Shown here: positions 1-9,771 of the stretch, piece after piece
Layout of the letters: each line of letters opens with the position of its first letter
Numbering within the stretch: position 1 is the stretch's first letter
Program-made: the position numbers and the translations under genes
IMG/VR virus record: IMGVR_UViG_2778261163_000009
From: a virus
Taxonomy: Duplodnaviria > Heunggongvirae > Uroviricota > Caudoviricetes
DNA: 40,609 bases
Direction: 5' to 3' (one strand)
Notes under the pieces: model-generated
What the model was told of the DNA's origin: nothing
What the model saw: only the letters and a program-made list of their open reading frames with translations
Databases searched by the model: none

Positions 1-39
1 ATGGTGCTCATAAATCTGGTATACTTACCTTTACACATT

Positions 40-402
40 GGGGCTGATTCTGGATTCGACGGGATTTGCGAAACCCAAGGTGCATGCCGAGGGGCGGTTG
101 GCCTCGTAAAAAGCCGCAAAAAATAGTCGCAAACGACGAAAACTACGCTTTAGCAGCTTAATAACCTGCTTAGAGCCCTCTCTCCCTAGCCTCCGCTCTT
201 AGGACGGGGATCAAGAGAGGTCAAACCCAAAAGAGATCGCGTGGAAGCCCTGCCTGGGGTTGAAGCGTTAAAACTTAATCAGGCTAGTTTGTTAGTGGCG
301 TGTCCGTCCGCAGCTGGCAAGCGAATGTAAAGACTGACTAAGCATGTAGTACCGAGGATGTAGGAATTTCGGACGCGGGTTCAACTCCCGCCAGCTCCAC
401 CA
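40..402 (+). ncRNA. ssrA: tmRNA (SsrA), complete, ending in CCA
   Basis: Begins GGGGCTGATTCTGGATTCGACGGG, contains the tag-coding region and ends with the tRNA-like acceptor arm ...GGTTCAACTCCCGCCAGCTCCACCA; matches the enterobacterial ssrA sequence from memory. Confidence 0.9.
358..402 (+). repeat. Left copy of 45-bp direct repeat (ssrA 3' end); prophage attachment core (attL)
   Basis: ATGTAGGAATTTCGGACGCGGGTTCAACTCCCGCCAGCTCCACCA occurs identically at 35175..35219. Confidence 0.8.
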
Positions 403-411
403 AATAAATCA

Positions 412-445
412 AGGGGTTACGTGAAAGCGTAGCCCCTTTTTCTTT
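412..445 (+). terminator. Rho-independent terminator downstream of ssrA
   Basis: Stem AGGGGTTACG / CGTAGCCCCT followed by a TTTTTCTTT run. Confidence 0.6.
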
Positions 446-575
446 GGTAGTGGCGGCAAAATGGCGATAGCCATGGACTAGGGTTGGGTACACGCACATT
501 GCCCTCTATCCTTATGAGTGATCGCACACACGCCTCTACTTTCAAGCTATATTCTAATCTCAATATGAGGCTACT

Positions 576-1289
576 ATGGACTTCAACCTGAACAAAAAAA
601 TGCCAGTTAATAGATATCTTGTGATAATAGTTTTTGTCCTTTTCATCTTAGCCTGTATGCAGTTTATTTATCTTTGCCTTCGTTCATTAAGCATTGCCCC
701 AAACTATACGGGGACTGTAAGTGACATTATAATAGCTACAACAAATATTATTTTAGCTACCTACGCCGTTCGTGCATTCAAAAACTTATTTAAAGATAAA
801 CTATCCGATAATGCCATTAGTAAAATAGATACAGCATTGATGTCTCTCGATGATTGCATAGATAGTTTTTCAAGCTTATTTTTAAATATGACACTTATTA
901 AGATTTATAAAAACACTAATAACCCCAAGGACCCTCAGTTAGTTAAACAGCTCGATGAAGCAGCAAAAAACATTGAAAAAGCAACAAGTTCAGCCTACAA
1001 GGCAAGATCTATAATTGACTCATTAACTCGTTGGAATATAAGCTTAAACACAGAAAAAGGAATAAGACTAAACCAACTTACCACTGATGTTTTTGAGTTA
1101 GGCATGCAGGCAACAAATATGTATATCGCACTAATAAATGAAATAAACCCTAACTCCCCATACAACTCTTTAACTCATAGACCATTTGATGAGTTATTTA
1201 ACGAATTTAATGAAGAAAGGACCAGAGTTGAAGACGAAAGCAATGAATTAAAAGAGTTCTCTATTCATGAAATATTTAAAATCAAATAA
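576..1289 (+). CDS. Hypothetical membrane-anchored protein (prophage cargo, AT-rich)
   Basis: 237-aa ORF with a GAGG ribosome-binding site; hydrophobic N-terminal helix (LVIIVFVLFILACMQFIYLCL) then a charged, probably helical domain; lies between attL and ogr; no family recognised. Confidence 0.6.
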   Translation: MDFNLNKKMPVNRYLVIIVFVLFILACMQFIYLCLRSLSIAPNYTGTVSDIIIATTNIILATYAVRAFKNLFKDKLSDNAISKIDTALMSLDDCIDSFSSLFLNMTLIKIYKNTNNPKDPQLVKQLDEAAKNIEKATSSAYKARSIIDSLTRWNISLNTEKGIRLNQLTTDVFELGMQATNMYIALINEINPNSPYNSLTHRPFDELFNEFNEERTRVEDESNELKEFSIHEIFKIK

Positions 1290-1366
1290 GTTATTATAGA
1301 ATAATTTTAAAAAATCATTTGCATTCTTCTTGTGTCAAAAATCAAATAACTGTCTCGATATTATTC

Positions 1367-1388
1367 AAAACCCGCCAGCGGCGGGTTA
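1367..1388. terminator. Bidirectional hairpin terminator between the cargo ORF and ogr
   Basis: AAAACCCGCCAGCGGCGGGTT; perfect GC-rich stem with an A-run on one side and a T-run on the opposite strand. Confidence 0.6.
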
Positions 1389-1391
1389 GTA

Positions 1392-1607
1392 TCAGTAAAC
1401 TAATTGCTCCTGCATCCCTTTGGGATGCGGTGGGGCGGCACTGATTTTCTCGGGACGACAAACAGAACGAACAAAGGTTTCATGCGTTACAAACGTATGC
1501 CCACACTCAATATTAGTGCACTGATTGTAACGCTCTTTGGTTTGAGAGGAGACTTGAAAACTACTGCGAGTATGTGCGGCCTGACCACACAACGGACAAT
1601 TCATCAT
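1392..1607 (-). CDS. ogr: Late gene transcriptional activator Ogr (zinc finger)
   Basis: 71 aa, CPLCG...C..IEC four-cysteine motif, size and position as in P2 ogr, next to gene D. Confidence 0.85.
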   Translation of the reverse strand: MMNCPLCGQAAHTRSSFQVSSQTKERYNQCTNIECGHTFVTHETFVRSVCRPEKISAAPPHPKGMQEQLVY

Positions 1608-1675
1608 TTATCAACTCTCCTCATCTTTGCTATATTTACAATAATGATACACCATTATTCAATATTGAGAACCAT

Positions 1676-2776
1676 TTATTCCATCTCAAGATCACCAATC
1701 CTCACTTCAAGCTCAAGACTGGTCGTAAAACCGTTATCCGGGCTGACGGTATGTGTCAGAGTCGTAATGGTCCATTCCGCATCATCTATCGGCTGTTTAA
1801 AGCCACTGACCTTCACAGGCATTTCTGTGTAGAGGTCTGCCCGCCCTTCCGCCAGTTGTAGCGAGAATGACGCAACACCGCGTTGCAGGCGTTCCCACTG
1901 CATTTTCGCCGCTCGTTCAGCGTTGCCCCGGTTGGCATAGGTACGATTAAGTACCAGCACGTTTTCATCCGTACCCACCAGGTAATCGCCCTGCTTCGCT
2001 TCCGGCTCTTTCTTCTGCTTCTTAGTCCTGCGCTTACGCTTCACCGTGGTGCTTTCTTTCTTCGCGGGTTCGCGGGTATGCAACCAGCTGGCAATTACGC
2101 CCGTGTAGGCTCCGCGATCTGCCAGGGTAAAGCGGTGACTGTCGCCGTCCTTGCGTGTGATAGTGATCACCGGCAGTGGTTTACCGCTGGCGCTTTTACC
2201 CTGTCCCTGTCGGATAAATAACAGATTGCCATTTTTCACCGACGCAATAGCACCGTACTGGCGCGCCAACCGCATCAGAAAACTGCCGTCACTCTCATTG
2301 GTCTGGTCTATATGTTCCACGGGTTTATCTGACAGGTCTTTACCCAATGCCATCTTCAGTTTGTGCCGCGCAGCTATTTCCTTCACCACTTCCCCAACGG
2401 TGGTCTTGTGCCACGACTTTTCACGGCGGGTATTCAGCGTTTCACGAAAATCAGCACTTCGCGCCCGGATAGTCAGGCGGTCCGGTGCGCCAGTGTGTTC
2501 AATCTCGTCCACCGTGAATGCCCCTTTCGGGAAAAGCGGCTGCCCCTTCCAGCCCAGCGCCAGCGTAATGACCGCACCACGGCGCGGCAGCGCTATTTTT
2601 CCATCGGCGTCGTCCAGCTCCAGATCAAGCTGGTCCGCTTCAAAGCCCCGGTTATCCGTCAGCGTCAGCCTCATCAGGCGGTTATCCAGCACAGTGGTGA
2701 TATCCCTGCCCTCAATACTGATGCTGAATGCCGGAGTTTTGTTGCCTTTGTTAAGCAGTTCAGAGCTGAAATTCAC
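1676..2776 (-). CDS. D: Tail protein D (late control D protein)
   Basis: 366 aa; sequence and position (after U, before ogr) match P2 gpD. Confidence 0.85.
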   Translation of the reverse strand: MNFSSELLNKGNKTPAFSISIEGRDITTVLDNRLMRLTLTDNRGFEADQLDLELDDADGKIALPRRGAVITLALGWKGQPLFPKGAFTVDEIEHTGAPDRLTIRARSADFRETLNTRREKSWHKTTVGEVVKEIAARHKLKMALGKDLSDKPVEHIDQTNESDGSFLMRLARQYGAIASVKNGNLLFIRQGQGKSASGKPLPVITITRKDGDSHRFTLADRGAYTGVIASWLHTREPAKKESTTVKRKRRTKKQKKEPEAKQGDYLVGTDENVLVLNRTYANRGNAERAAKMQWERLQRGVASFSLQLAEGRADLYTEMPVKVSGFKQPIDDAEWTITTLTHTVSPDNGFTTSLELEVRIGDLEME

Positions 2777-3258
2777 GACAGCAGCCCTCCCACCGTTTTA
2801 CTGATATCACTTAAGGCAGATGTTGCCGTGTCCTGCAGATTATTCAGTTGCGTACTGAGATCACCGAACATATCGGACAGGGATTCATCCACCCGTTTGA
2901 GCGACAGGGTGAACTCAATCCGCCGCGGCATACCGTCGCGGAAAAACTCCGTTTTAGTCAGATTCAGTCCCTCAATCACATACATGCCGTAAATCGTGCC
3001 GCTGCCTTCAATCAGGGGCCATGCTTTTCCCTGTTCTGCCATCTGCTCCAGAGCCAGCAACGACAGCCTGCCGCCCGTTATCTCCGGCATAAGAACACCA
3101 GAAAGCGTCAGCATGTCGTTGTCCGGTCCCAGAAACTGCGTGGACGGACGACGGTTTACCCGGCTGTTTGCCGCATGTCGCCAGCTGCGTTGATACTGCA
3201 GTTCCTGATACGGAACGGTGCGCAGCATAAACACGTACAATCCCAGCACCATCATCAT
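2773..3258 (-). CDS. U: Tail protein U
   Basis: 161 aa; overlaps the D start by 4 nt; P2 gpU-like. Confidence 0.85.
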   Translation of the reverse strand: MMMVLGLYVFMLRTVPYQELQYQRSWRHAANSRVNRRPSTQFLGPDNDMLTLSGVLMPEITGGRLSLLALEQMAEQGKAWPLIEGSGTIYGMYVIEGLNLTKTEFFRDGMPRRIEFTLSLKRVDESLSDMFGDLSTQLNNLQDTATSALSDISKTVGGLLS

Positions 3259-6200
3259 GCGTCGTATCCCCCCTGATCGCTGTAGTTACTCCTGGCTTTT
3301 GCCTTCAGCCTGCGTTCACGTTCATCAAGCTGGCGTGCCACCTCCCGCGCAATATCCTGCGCACTTTGTCCTGGCTGCATCTGAATGATGATCTGCGTCG
3401 GTGCCTCAATCCGGTGAACGGGCGGCACAGTGGCTGCACGACTCACCATCGCTTCGCCGCCTTTCGCGGGAAGTGCCAAAGGATGCAACGGTGGAAGCTC
3501 TGCAGGCGCGGCAGCAACGCCCATCATTCCGGCAACAACGGCAGCCAGTGCAGCTGTATTTCTCCGGCTGGTCACATTTGCCGGGCCGTTAACAATTTCC
3601 GGCCCGTTTTCACCGACGATGCCAAACTGCCCGCGCGGGATATAGCCGCCGCTGTCATACATCCCCGCAAAGCCATATCCCCATGACGGAAAACCACCCG
3701 ATGGCATCATCACTTTGCCGTCTGCATTCACCGTCGCAGGTTGCTGACGCGTCACGCGTTCCGGCAGTTTTGCCTTTGCGGCCTCTTTACTGACAATGCC
3801 GAGTTTTTCCAGCAACCAGGATACGCCGGATTTCAGGGAGTCCAGCGGATGCATGACCATATTCAGCCCTTCCGCCAGTGCCTCCCCGAATCGCCGCCCC
3901 ATTGCCGCTGCACTCTGCAGTTCGGCAGAGGTCGACTTAACGGGCGTCAGCAGATCAGTAAACCAGCCCCACAACGCCTGTACTTTGTCGCCAATCCACT
4001 GGAACACGGGCTTAAGCGGTTCGAATGCTGCACTGACGGGACCTGCCGCCGCTTTGAATCCTTCCACCACGCCACCAAGAAATGCGGTGATGGGTTGCCA
4101 GTATTTCCAGACAACCAGCGCCACGCCCGCCAGTGCAGTAACCACAAGACCTATCGGACTGAGCAGAGCACCTAACAGACCAGATACGGCATACAGGGCA
4201 ACGCGCAGCATCGCCAGTGGACCAGATGCCAGTACTCGCAGCACCGTGCCTGCGGCGGCCAGTCCACCGCGTAGTGCTGCCAGTGGATTCATAAACATCA
4301 CAGCAACCGCACGTAAACCGGATAATCCAGACCGCAAAAGTGCAACCGGCGCACCTGCTACAGTTTTCAGGACATTTCCCGTCAGTGATGCCGTGCGGCG
4401 CAAAGACGACAACGGCGCAGTAAGTAAACCTGCGGCGTTGCCCGATGAAGCAAGCCCGCGTCGCAGCAGTGCCAGTGGTGCGCCAGCCAGCCAGGACAAC
4501 GCGCTGCTGGTTCGAGTTACTGCTGCCGTAACGGAAGGTAACGTTTTGATACCCAGCACAGAGAATCCCAGACGGATCACTGCCAGCGGCCCCAGAACTG
4601 CAGCCAGCGCCACCGCTAAGGTGCCGAGGCCTACGGTAACCGCAGCCACAACAGCCGCTACTTTCATCAGTGTGCCTGTCAGTTCCGGGTTAGCTTCCAC
4701 CCAGCGGCGCAACGCCCCCGTGATGCTTTTCACCGTGTACAGAATATCCATCAGCGGCTGGCGCAGCGTTTCGCCCAGGCTGCTGAAGGTGTTCTGCGCT
4801 CCGGTTTTGACCAGCAACCACTGAGCAGAAAGTGAGTCTTTGTTGATGTCGGATTCTTTCTGCATGGAACCGAGCGCATCATTGCCCGCTGTCAGCTTTA
4901 ACTGGCGCTGCAGTTCCGGCAGGTTGTTTGCCAGTTTCGCCGCGTCATCGCCAAACTCTTTACCAAACAACATGGTCATGGCAGACAGACGCTTGTCCTG
5001 CGGCAGTGCGTTCACCTTCTCCAGCACGCGCTGGATGGTTCCCATCGCATCCTTCGTCATCTGCTTTTCAATCACTTCAGGATTGAGTTTCAGCAGATTC
5101 ATCCCTTCAAAGAAACTCTTGCTTTGCATGGTGGCAATGGACAATTCACGCACCATCGCGTTTGCTGCACTGGCTGCAACCTCTGGCGCAGCGCCCAGTG
5201 TCAGAAAGGTGGAACCCAGCGCCGCCGCTTTACGATAATCCAGACGATCAGCCACACCGCCCAGGCGTTGCATGACATCAATGATGTCTGCCCCTTTCGA
5301 CATGGCGTTATCATCCAGATAGTTCAGCGCATCACCGAGCTGTTCAATATTGCGGGTAGGGATTTTGTAGAGCTGGGCGATTTTCCCCAGACTTTCTGAC
5401 AGTTCATCCGCTGGCAGCTCAAAGGCTGTTGCCGCCTTTGCTGCCGTACTGGCGAAGGCCAGCAGGTCACGTTTCTGGTCTTCCCAGCTGTCGTCAGGGT
5501 TTGCGACGTTCATGCGTGCACCACCTTCAACCAGTGCAGCGAAATCCACCGCACCGTTTTCCATCGGCAACTGTTCGCTGGCAGCCTTGATGGCATCCTG
5601 CATTTCATAAAAACGTGCAGTGCGGTTGCCATTATCGTCACGCAGACCATTGACCTGCTTTGCCACACCTTTCATGGCATCTTCTATGCTGGTATAGCTT
5701 TTTACTGCCGCCATCACTGGCGTCCCCATTGCCAACCCTGCAGCCGTGGTAGTGGCTCCGGCTCCTGCAATACGATCGCGCACCTCCAGCGAACGGGCAT
5801 AACTGGCACGCGCCGCATTCATCCTGCGCTGAGCTTCCCCCAGTCGCTTCAGCCGCGCCTCCTGTTTCGACAGTTCCTGGTTATAACGTGATGTTTCACG
5901 GGCTAAACGGGCAGTTGCTCCCGCATCATCTTTCGCAGAAATTCCCGCCCGGTACAGTTCTGCACGCACAAGCGCCGTTTGCTTCTGCAAATATTTTTGT
6001 TGTTCTTCCAGGCGTTGGACTGCCAGCGTTTGCCGACCTAAAGCCACAAGGTGCCGTTGTGATGGTTGTTCCATCGCCTCCAGCTCAGAGCTAAGCAAAT
6101 TAGCCTTCTGTCTGGCATAGTTCAGCCTGTCGCCTAACTTCTTGTTATCGGCCTGCAGCTTGCGAAATTTTTCCAGGCTGTTACCCGCCTGATTGAGTTG

Positions 6201-6332
6201 CTTTAATGCGTCACGGGAGTTTCTGATTGCGCCAGCCAGCTCTTTCGAACTGGCTTGTGCAGCACGGAATGGGCGGGTGAGTTTGTCAACCGCATTAAGA
6301 ATGACCTGCAGGCGCAGGTTGTTATCACTCAT
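3255..6332 (-). CDS. T: Tail tape measure protein T
   Basis: 1025 aa, coiled-coil N-terminus and Ala/Gly-rich hydrophobic central region; follows E/E'. Confidence 0.85.
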   Translation of the reverse strand: MSDNNLRLQVILNAVDKLTRPFRAAQASSKELAGAIRNSRDALKQLNQAGNSLEKFRKLQADNKKLGDRLNYARQKANLLSSELEAMEQPSQRHLVALGRQTLAVQRLEEQQKYLQKQTALVRAELYRAGISAKDDAGATARLARETSRYNQELSKQEARLKRLGEAQRRMNAARASYARSLEVRDRIAGAGATTTAAGLAMGTPVMAAVKSYTSIEDAMKGVAKQVNGLRDDNGNRTARFYEMQDAIKAASEQLPMENGAVDFAALVEGGARMNVANPDDSWEDQKRDLLAFASTAAKAATAFELPADELSESLGKIAQLYKIPTRNIEQLGDALNYLDDNAMSKGADIIDVMQRLGGVADRLDYRKAAALGSTFLTLGAAPEVAASAANAMVRELSIATMQSKSFFEGMNLLKLNPEVIEKQMTKDAMGTIQRVLEKVNALPQDKRLSAMTMLFGKEFGDDAAKLANNLPELQRQLKLTAGNDALGSMQKESDINKDSLSAQWLLVKTGAQNTFSSLGETLRQPLMDILYTVKSITGALRRWVEANPELTGTLMKVAAVVAAVTVGLGTLAVALAAVLGPLAVIRLGFSVLGIKTLPSVTAAVTRTSSALSWLAGAPLALLRRGLASSGNAAGLLTAPLSSLRRTASLTGNVLKTVAGAPVALLRSGLSGLRAVAVMFMNPLAALRGGLAAAGTVLRVLASGPLAMLRVALYAVSGLLGALLSPIGLVVTALAGVALVVWKYWQPITAFLGGVVEGFKAAAGPVSAAFEPLKPVFQWIGDKVQALWGWFTDLLTPVKSTSAELQSAAAMGRRFGEALAEGLNMVMHPLDSLKSGVSWLLEKLGIVSKEAAKAKLPERVTRQQPATVNADGKVMMPSGGFPSWGYGFAGMYDSGGYIPRGQFGIVGENGPEIVNGPANVTSRRNTAALAAVVAGMMGVAAAPAELPPLHPLALPAKGGEAMVSRAATVPPVHRIEAPTQIIIQMQPGQSAQDIAREVARQLDERERRLKAKARSNYSDQGGYDA

Positions 6333-6761
6333 CGTTGGCCCCGCTTCTCTGAATCGCTTTATACCGCCATTCCAGCACTTCGGTCAGCGGCATAACGTCA
6401 GTAACGGATGGCGGCCAGTGAAAAATGGTGGCGATATCTGCCACCAGATCGTCAACCGTCAGGCTGTCGGTAAACCGGCAAGCACCGACTTCTTCAACAA
6501 AAAAGTGACAACCTCAACCGACATGGCAGTGAGATCTGCCGGGTCCATCTCTGCAATTTCCTGTGCAGTCAGTGCCGGGCTGGAGATGCGGGGGATCACG
6601 GTCATCATCGCGTTCACATCCATATCCATAATGGCCTGCAGGCGTGTACCGCGCAGCGCACCGGACTGCGGTTTACGCAGCACAATTTCGGTGATTTCAG
6701 TTTTACCACGCATGATGGGAGTATCCAGTTGAATGGTCTTTTCAGTCTGCTTATCGCTCAT
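6325..6761 (-). CDS. Tail assembly chaperone E+E' made by programmed -1 frameshift
   Basis: Slippery heptamer T_TTT_TTG on the coding strand (+ coords 6498..6504) near the end of E; the -1 frame stays open to a TGA overlapping the T start codon (GATGAGTGA). Confidence 0.7.
6459..6761 (-). CDS. E: Tail assembly chaperone E
   Basis: 100-aa ORF immediately upstream of T; P2 gpE-like. Confidence 0.8.
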   Translation of the reverse strand: MSDKQTEKTIQLDTPIMRGKTEITEIVLRKPQSGALRGTRLQAIMDMDVNAMMTVIPRISSPALTAQEIAEMDPADLTAMSVEVVTFLLKKSVLAGLPTA

Positions 6762-6815
6762 TTTGCTGTCCTGTAAATTGGGTTCTGGCGCGGTATCCCG
6801 CGCCGTTCAGATAGA

Positions 6816-7331
6816 TCAGAGGCCGAGGGCGTTGCGGTGCGCTTCCATCAGGTCCACACCGTCCACAATTTCCACCATGTTGATAAGGTCCACTTCATAG
6901 AGCACCTCACCATTGATGGTCAGCTTCGCGTAGCTGTTGGTACTGGTCACTTTGGTGGTGTTGCTTTCGCCCGTCTTCCACTCGCCGGAATCCACTTCTT
7001 TGTGACGTCCACGCACCACAAGCTCCACGGCCTGCACTTCCCCGGTATCGTCACGCTGGATAGAGCCAGTAAAGCGCAGCTGGATGCCATCCACAGTGGC
7101 TTTGCCTATCTGCTTAAACAGCAGCAGTTCAGTACCACCAATGGAAAATTCTGTGTCCAGAGCACTGTCATCAAGCCCCAGATCCACATCCACCGCCCCC
7201 GGCATTCCGCCGCCGCGATACTTCTCATATTTGCGGGTGAATTTCGGCAGCGTCAGCGACTCAACGATCCCCTGCCAGTTGTTCCCGTCGTTAAACAGGT
7301 TCAGGTGTTTTAATTTGCGTGGTAAAGCCAT
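6816..7331 (-). CDS. FII: Tail tube protein FII
   Basis: 171 aa, P2 gpFII-like, downstream of the sheath gene. Confidence 0.85.
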   Translation of the reverse strand: MALPRKLKHLNLFNDGNNWQGIVESLTLPKFTRKYEKYRGGGMPGAVDVDLGLDDSALDTEFSIGGTELLLFKQIGKATVDGIQLRFTGSIQRDDTGEVQAVELVVRGRHKEVDSGEWKTGESNTTKVTSTNSYAKLTINGEVLYEVDLINMVEIVDGVDLMEAHRNALGL

Positions 7332-7340
7332 GTTGTCCCC

Positions 7341-8513
7341 TTACGCGCTGACCTGGCTGGAGAAATTCACCAGGTACTGATCGGTGATGCGCTGACGCAG
7401 CATCAGGTTTTCAAGTGGCGGCACTGGCGTGTAGTCGTAGTCGATGGTGAGCTTCCCGGCTTTCAGAGTATCTTTGTCGTTCACCGACTCATCCAGCCAG
7501 CAATCACCACCAATGAGATAGCCCTGACTGACCAGGCTGCGCATTTTGGCGCGGATACCTTCGATAATGTCGCGGGCCAACGACGGGTTCAGCGGTTTGT
7601 CCACCGCCCACATATGCGCTTCTGCCATTGTGTCCATAAGTACTTGCGCCGTGCGGGTGTAGTTTTCGAAGGCAAAGAGCGGGTCATCACTCAGGCAGCG
7701 GGAACCCCAGAAGCGGAAACCGTCTTTGCGGATAAGGGTGGTGACGTCGTTCTGGTTCAGCAGTCCCGCATCTGTTGCCGTGTCCTGCAGATCCCAGAAC
7801 ACATCAGCAGAAATTCCGGTGACACCGTTAACGCCCACGTTGGACAGGCTTTTGTGCCATCCGGTCTGCTCATCAATTTTGGCGCGCAGACCAAGCGCAC
7901 GGGCGGTGGCATAAGCCGTTGCTTCGGCATTCAGCACCGTGTCCCAGCCAGTAAAGTCGGGCCAGATCAGCATTCCTTCACGCTGACTGAAGTTTTCACG
8001 GTAAGTGATCGCCTCCTGCACTGTCTTGCAGCCATACGCTGACAGGTAAGCAAACCCACGCAGGCTTTGCGCCACGCTCAGCAACTCAGTAGCAACGGCT
8101 TTGTTATCGTGGCCTGGCACGCCGAGAATGCGCGGTTTAACGCCGAGCTGTGACTGTGCAGATAACAGAGCTTTCATGCCTGTTTTTTTACCTTCAGCAG
8201 TCACTGCGCCGATGATATTGGTCGTGGTTTCTTCTTCCGTTTCACCCTGCGGCACACGCACAACAACGGTCACGGGTTTTGCCTGGTCAGCGATGGCATC
8301 CAGCGAACGGGCCAGCGTGCCGGACTCACCCGCTTTACCGCTGGCAGTCAGCACATCAGTGATCAGCACGGGTTTATTAAGAGGAAACATTTTTGCATCG
8401 GCATCATCGCCCGTGCAGACCATACCCACGATGGCGGTGCTCACCGTGGTAATGGATCGGGTGCCTTCGTTGATTTCAACAACGCGCACCCCGTGGTGGT
8501 AATCCTGAGCCAT
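7341..8513 (-). CDS. FI: Contractile tail sheath protein FI
   Basis: 390 aa, P2 gpFI-like. Confidence 0.9.
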   Translation of the reverse strand: MAQDYHHGVRVVEINEGTRSITTVSTAIVGMVCTGDDADAKMFPLNKPVLITDVLTASGKAGESGTLARSLDAIADQAKPVTVVVRVPQGETEEETTTNIIGAVTAEGKKTGMKALLSAQSQLGVKPRILGVPGHDNKAVATELLSVAQSLRGFAYLSAYGCKTVQEAITYRENFSQREGMLIWPDFTGWDTVLNAEATAYATARALGLRAKIDEQTGWHKSLSNVGVNGVTGISADVFWDLQDTATDAGLLNQNDVTTLIRKDGFRFWGSRCLSDDPLFAFENYTRTAQVLMDTMAEAHMWAVDKPLNPSLARDIIEGIRAKMRSLVSQGYLIGGDCWLDESVNDKDTLKAGKLTIDYDYTPVPPLENLMLRQRITDQYLVNFSSQVSA

Positions 8514-8589
8514 AGCGGCGAACCTCCTGATTGGATTAGGCTTCGCCCTATGTTGAAGTGATTGTGCCTGACAAACAGCTAAGCGCAGT

Positions 8590-8607
8590 TGTGTCGTTAT
8601 TCACACA
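8590..8607. promoter_or_regulatory. Ogr-type activator site (TGT-N12-ACA) of the late promoter upstream of FI
   Basis: TGTGTCGTTATTCACACA lies about 75 bp upstream of the FI start. Confidence 0.6.
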
Positions 8608-8655
8608 AAATGACGGTATTTGCCTACTTGCAGGGATAATCAAAATAATGCTGAT

Positions 8656-9225
8656 TCAGGGGGATTCATTGCTCTTATTTGCCGGAAATTTTCTATAAAT
8701 GGTAGAAACGCCTACATCAAAAATCAGTGCAATACGCTGTCTTGATTCTCCGGCCTCGAGTAAACGCCCAATCTGTGCCCACTGTTTGGTGGTCAACTTA
8801 GGACGGCGTCCACCTACTCTGCCTTTGGCACGAGCTGCAGCCAGCCCTGCCCTAGTACGTTCAACTATCAGTTCGCGTTCCATTTCAGCCAGGGCCCCCA
8901 TGACATGAAAAAAGAAACGGCCCATTGGGGTGCTGGTATCAATACTGTCAGTCAGGCTTCGGAAATTCACGCCACGCTGACGCAACTCTTCTATCAGCGT
9001 AACAAGATGCCGCATACTGCGCCCCAACCTGTCTAGCTTCCAGACAACCAGCGTGTCTCCTGCCGATAGTGTCCTGAGCAGTTTTTTCAGCCCCGGTCTG
9101 TCGGACTTAGTGCCACTGATTTTATCCTCAAAAATCCGCTCACATCCCGCGCAGTTCAGTGCATTACGTTGCAAATCGGTGTTCTGGTCATTTGTTGACA
9201 CGCGTACATAGCCAATAAGTATGAT
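8656..9225 (-). CDS. Gin/Pin/Hin-family serine DNA invertase; canonical start codon position is ATA
   Basis: Translation reads (I)LIGYVRVSTNDQNTDLQRNAL... and runs collinear with Pin/Gin through the C-terminal helix-turn-helix; the ORF track begins at GTG 9201, but homology continues 8 codons upstream to an ATA preceded by an AGGGGG ribosome-binding site. Confidence 0.8.
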   Translation of the reverse strand: MILIGYVRVSTNDQNTDLQRNALNCAGCERIFEDKISGTKSDRPGLKKLLRTLSAGDTLVVWKLDRLGRSMRHLVTLIEELRQRGVNFRSLTDSIDTSTPMGRFFFHVMGALAEMERELIVERTRAGLAAARAKGRVGGRRPKLTTKQWAQIGRLLEAGESRQRIALIFDVGVSTIYRKFPANKSNESP

Positions 9226-9249
9226 TATCCCCCTGAATAAAAACCGGGG

Positions 9250-9771
9250 ATGATGCCAGTTAGCTGTTACCTCTGCATTTTCTTAAACGTTGGTTTGGGA
9301 GAAGGCTCTGCATTACCTGTTGGTGTGCCTGTTCCATGGCCTTCAGCCACACCGCCAACAGGCTGGCTGAAATGCAACGGTGCGGCTTTTTCTGCTGAAG
9401 AATACCCGGAACTGGCAAAGGCTTATCCGACAAATAAATTGCCTGATTTACGTGGTGAGTTTATTCGTGGCTGGGATGACGGGCGCGGTATTGATGCAGG
9501 ACGTGTTTTATTGAGCATTCAGACAGGGATGCTGGAAAAGCACCGTCATCCTGTTGTCGCCAACGATGGGTATGACTCAAAAGAGGTATGGGAACTGGCG
9601 GCGATCTTCAGAAGAGCATATACACAGGGCAAGGGACTGGATGGTACCAGTGCAGGCGGAACTTTGATTCCATCACCAACGCTACATACACGAGGGAGTG
9701 TCGGTAATACTGGCGGGAGTGAAACCCGTCCACGAAATATTGCATTTAACTTTATCGTGAGGGCTGCATAA
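9250..9771 (+). CDS. Alternative tail-fibre C-terminal segment (silent copy, tail-collar-like)
   Basis: Encodes GLGEGS at the crossover site, then PVGVPVPWPSATPPTGWLKCNGAAF typical of tail-fibre receptor-binding tips; opposite strand to H. Confidence 0.7.
   Translation: MMPVSCYLCIFLNVGLGEGSALPVGVPVPWPSATPPTGWLKCNGAAFSAEEYPELAKAYPTNKLPDLRGEFIRGWDDGRGIDAGRVLLSIQTGMLEKHRHPVVANDGYDSKEVWELAAIFRRAYTQGKGLDGTSAGGTLIPSPTLHTRGSVGNTGGSETRPRNIAFNFIVRAA
9278..9303. repeat. Invertase crossover site (hix/gix-like 26 bp), left end of invertible segment
   Basis: TTTTCTTAAACG TT GGTTTGGGAGAA; the right half-site is the reverse complement of the left half-site of 11144..11169. Confidence 0.7.

Noticed and set aside
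1404-1861. Plus-strand ORFs 1404..1832 and 1574..1861
   Set aside because: Antisense to ogr and the 3' end of D, with no start context.
3796-4824. 342-aa + strand ORF inside the tape measure gene, and similar long antisense ORFs (for example 18861..19775, 21200..21835, 2151..2804, 11064..11570)
   Set aside because: They lie antisense or out of frame within well-supported phage structural genes and translate to low-complexity Ala/Ser/Pro/Arg-rich sequence typical of non-coding frames in GC-rich DNA.
9199-9201. GTG as the true invertase start (ORF track start)
   Set aside because: Homology to the Gin/Pin N-terminus continues eight codons upstream to an ATA with a correctly spaced ribosome-binding site; GTG initiation would delete conserved N-terminal residues.
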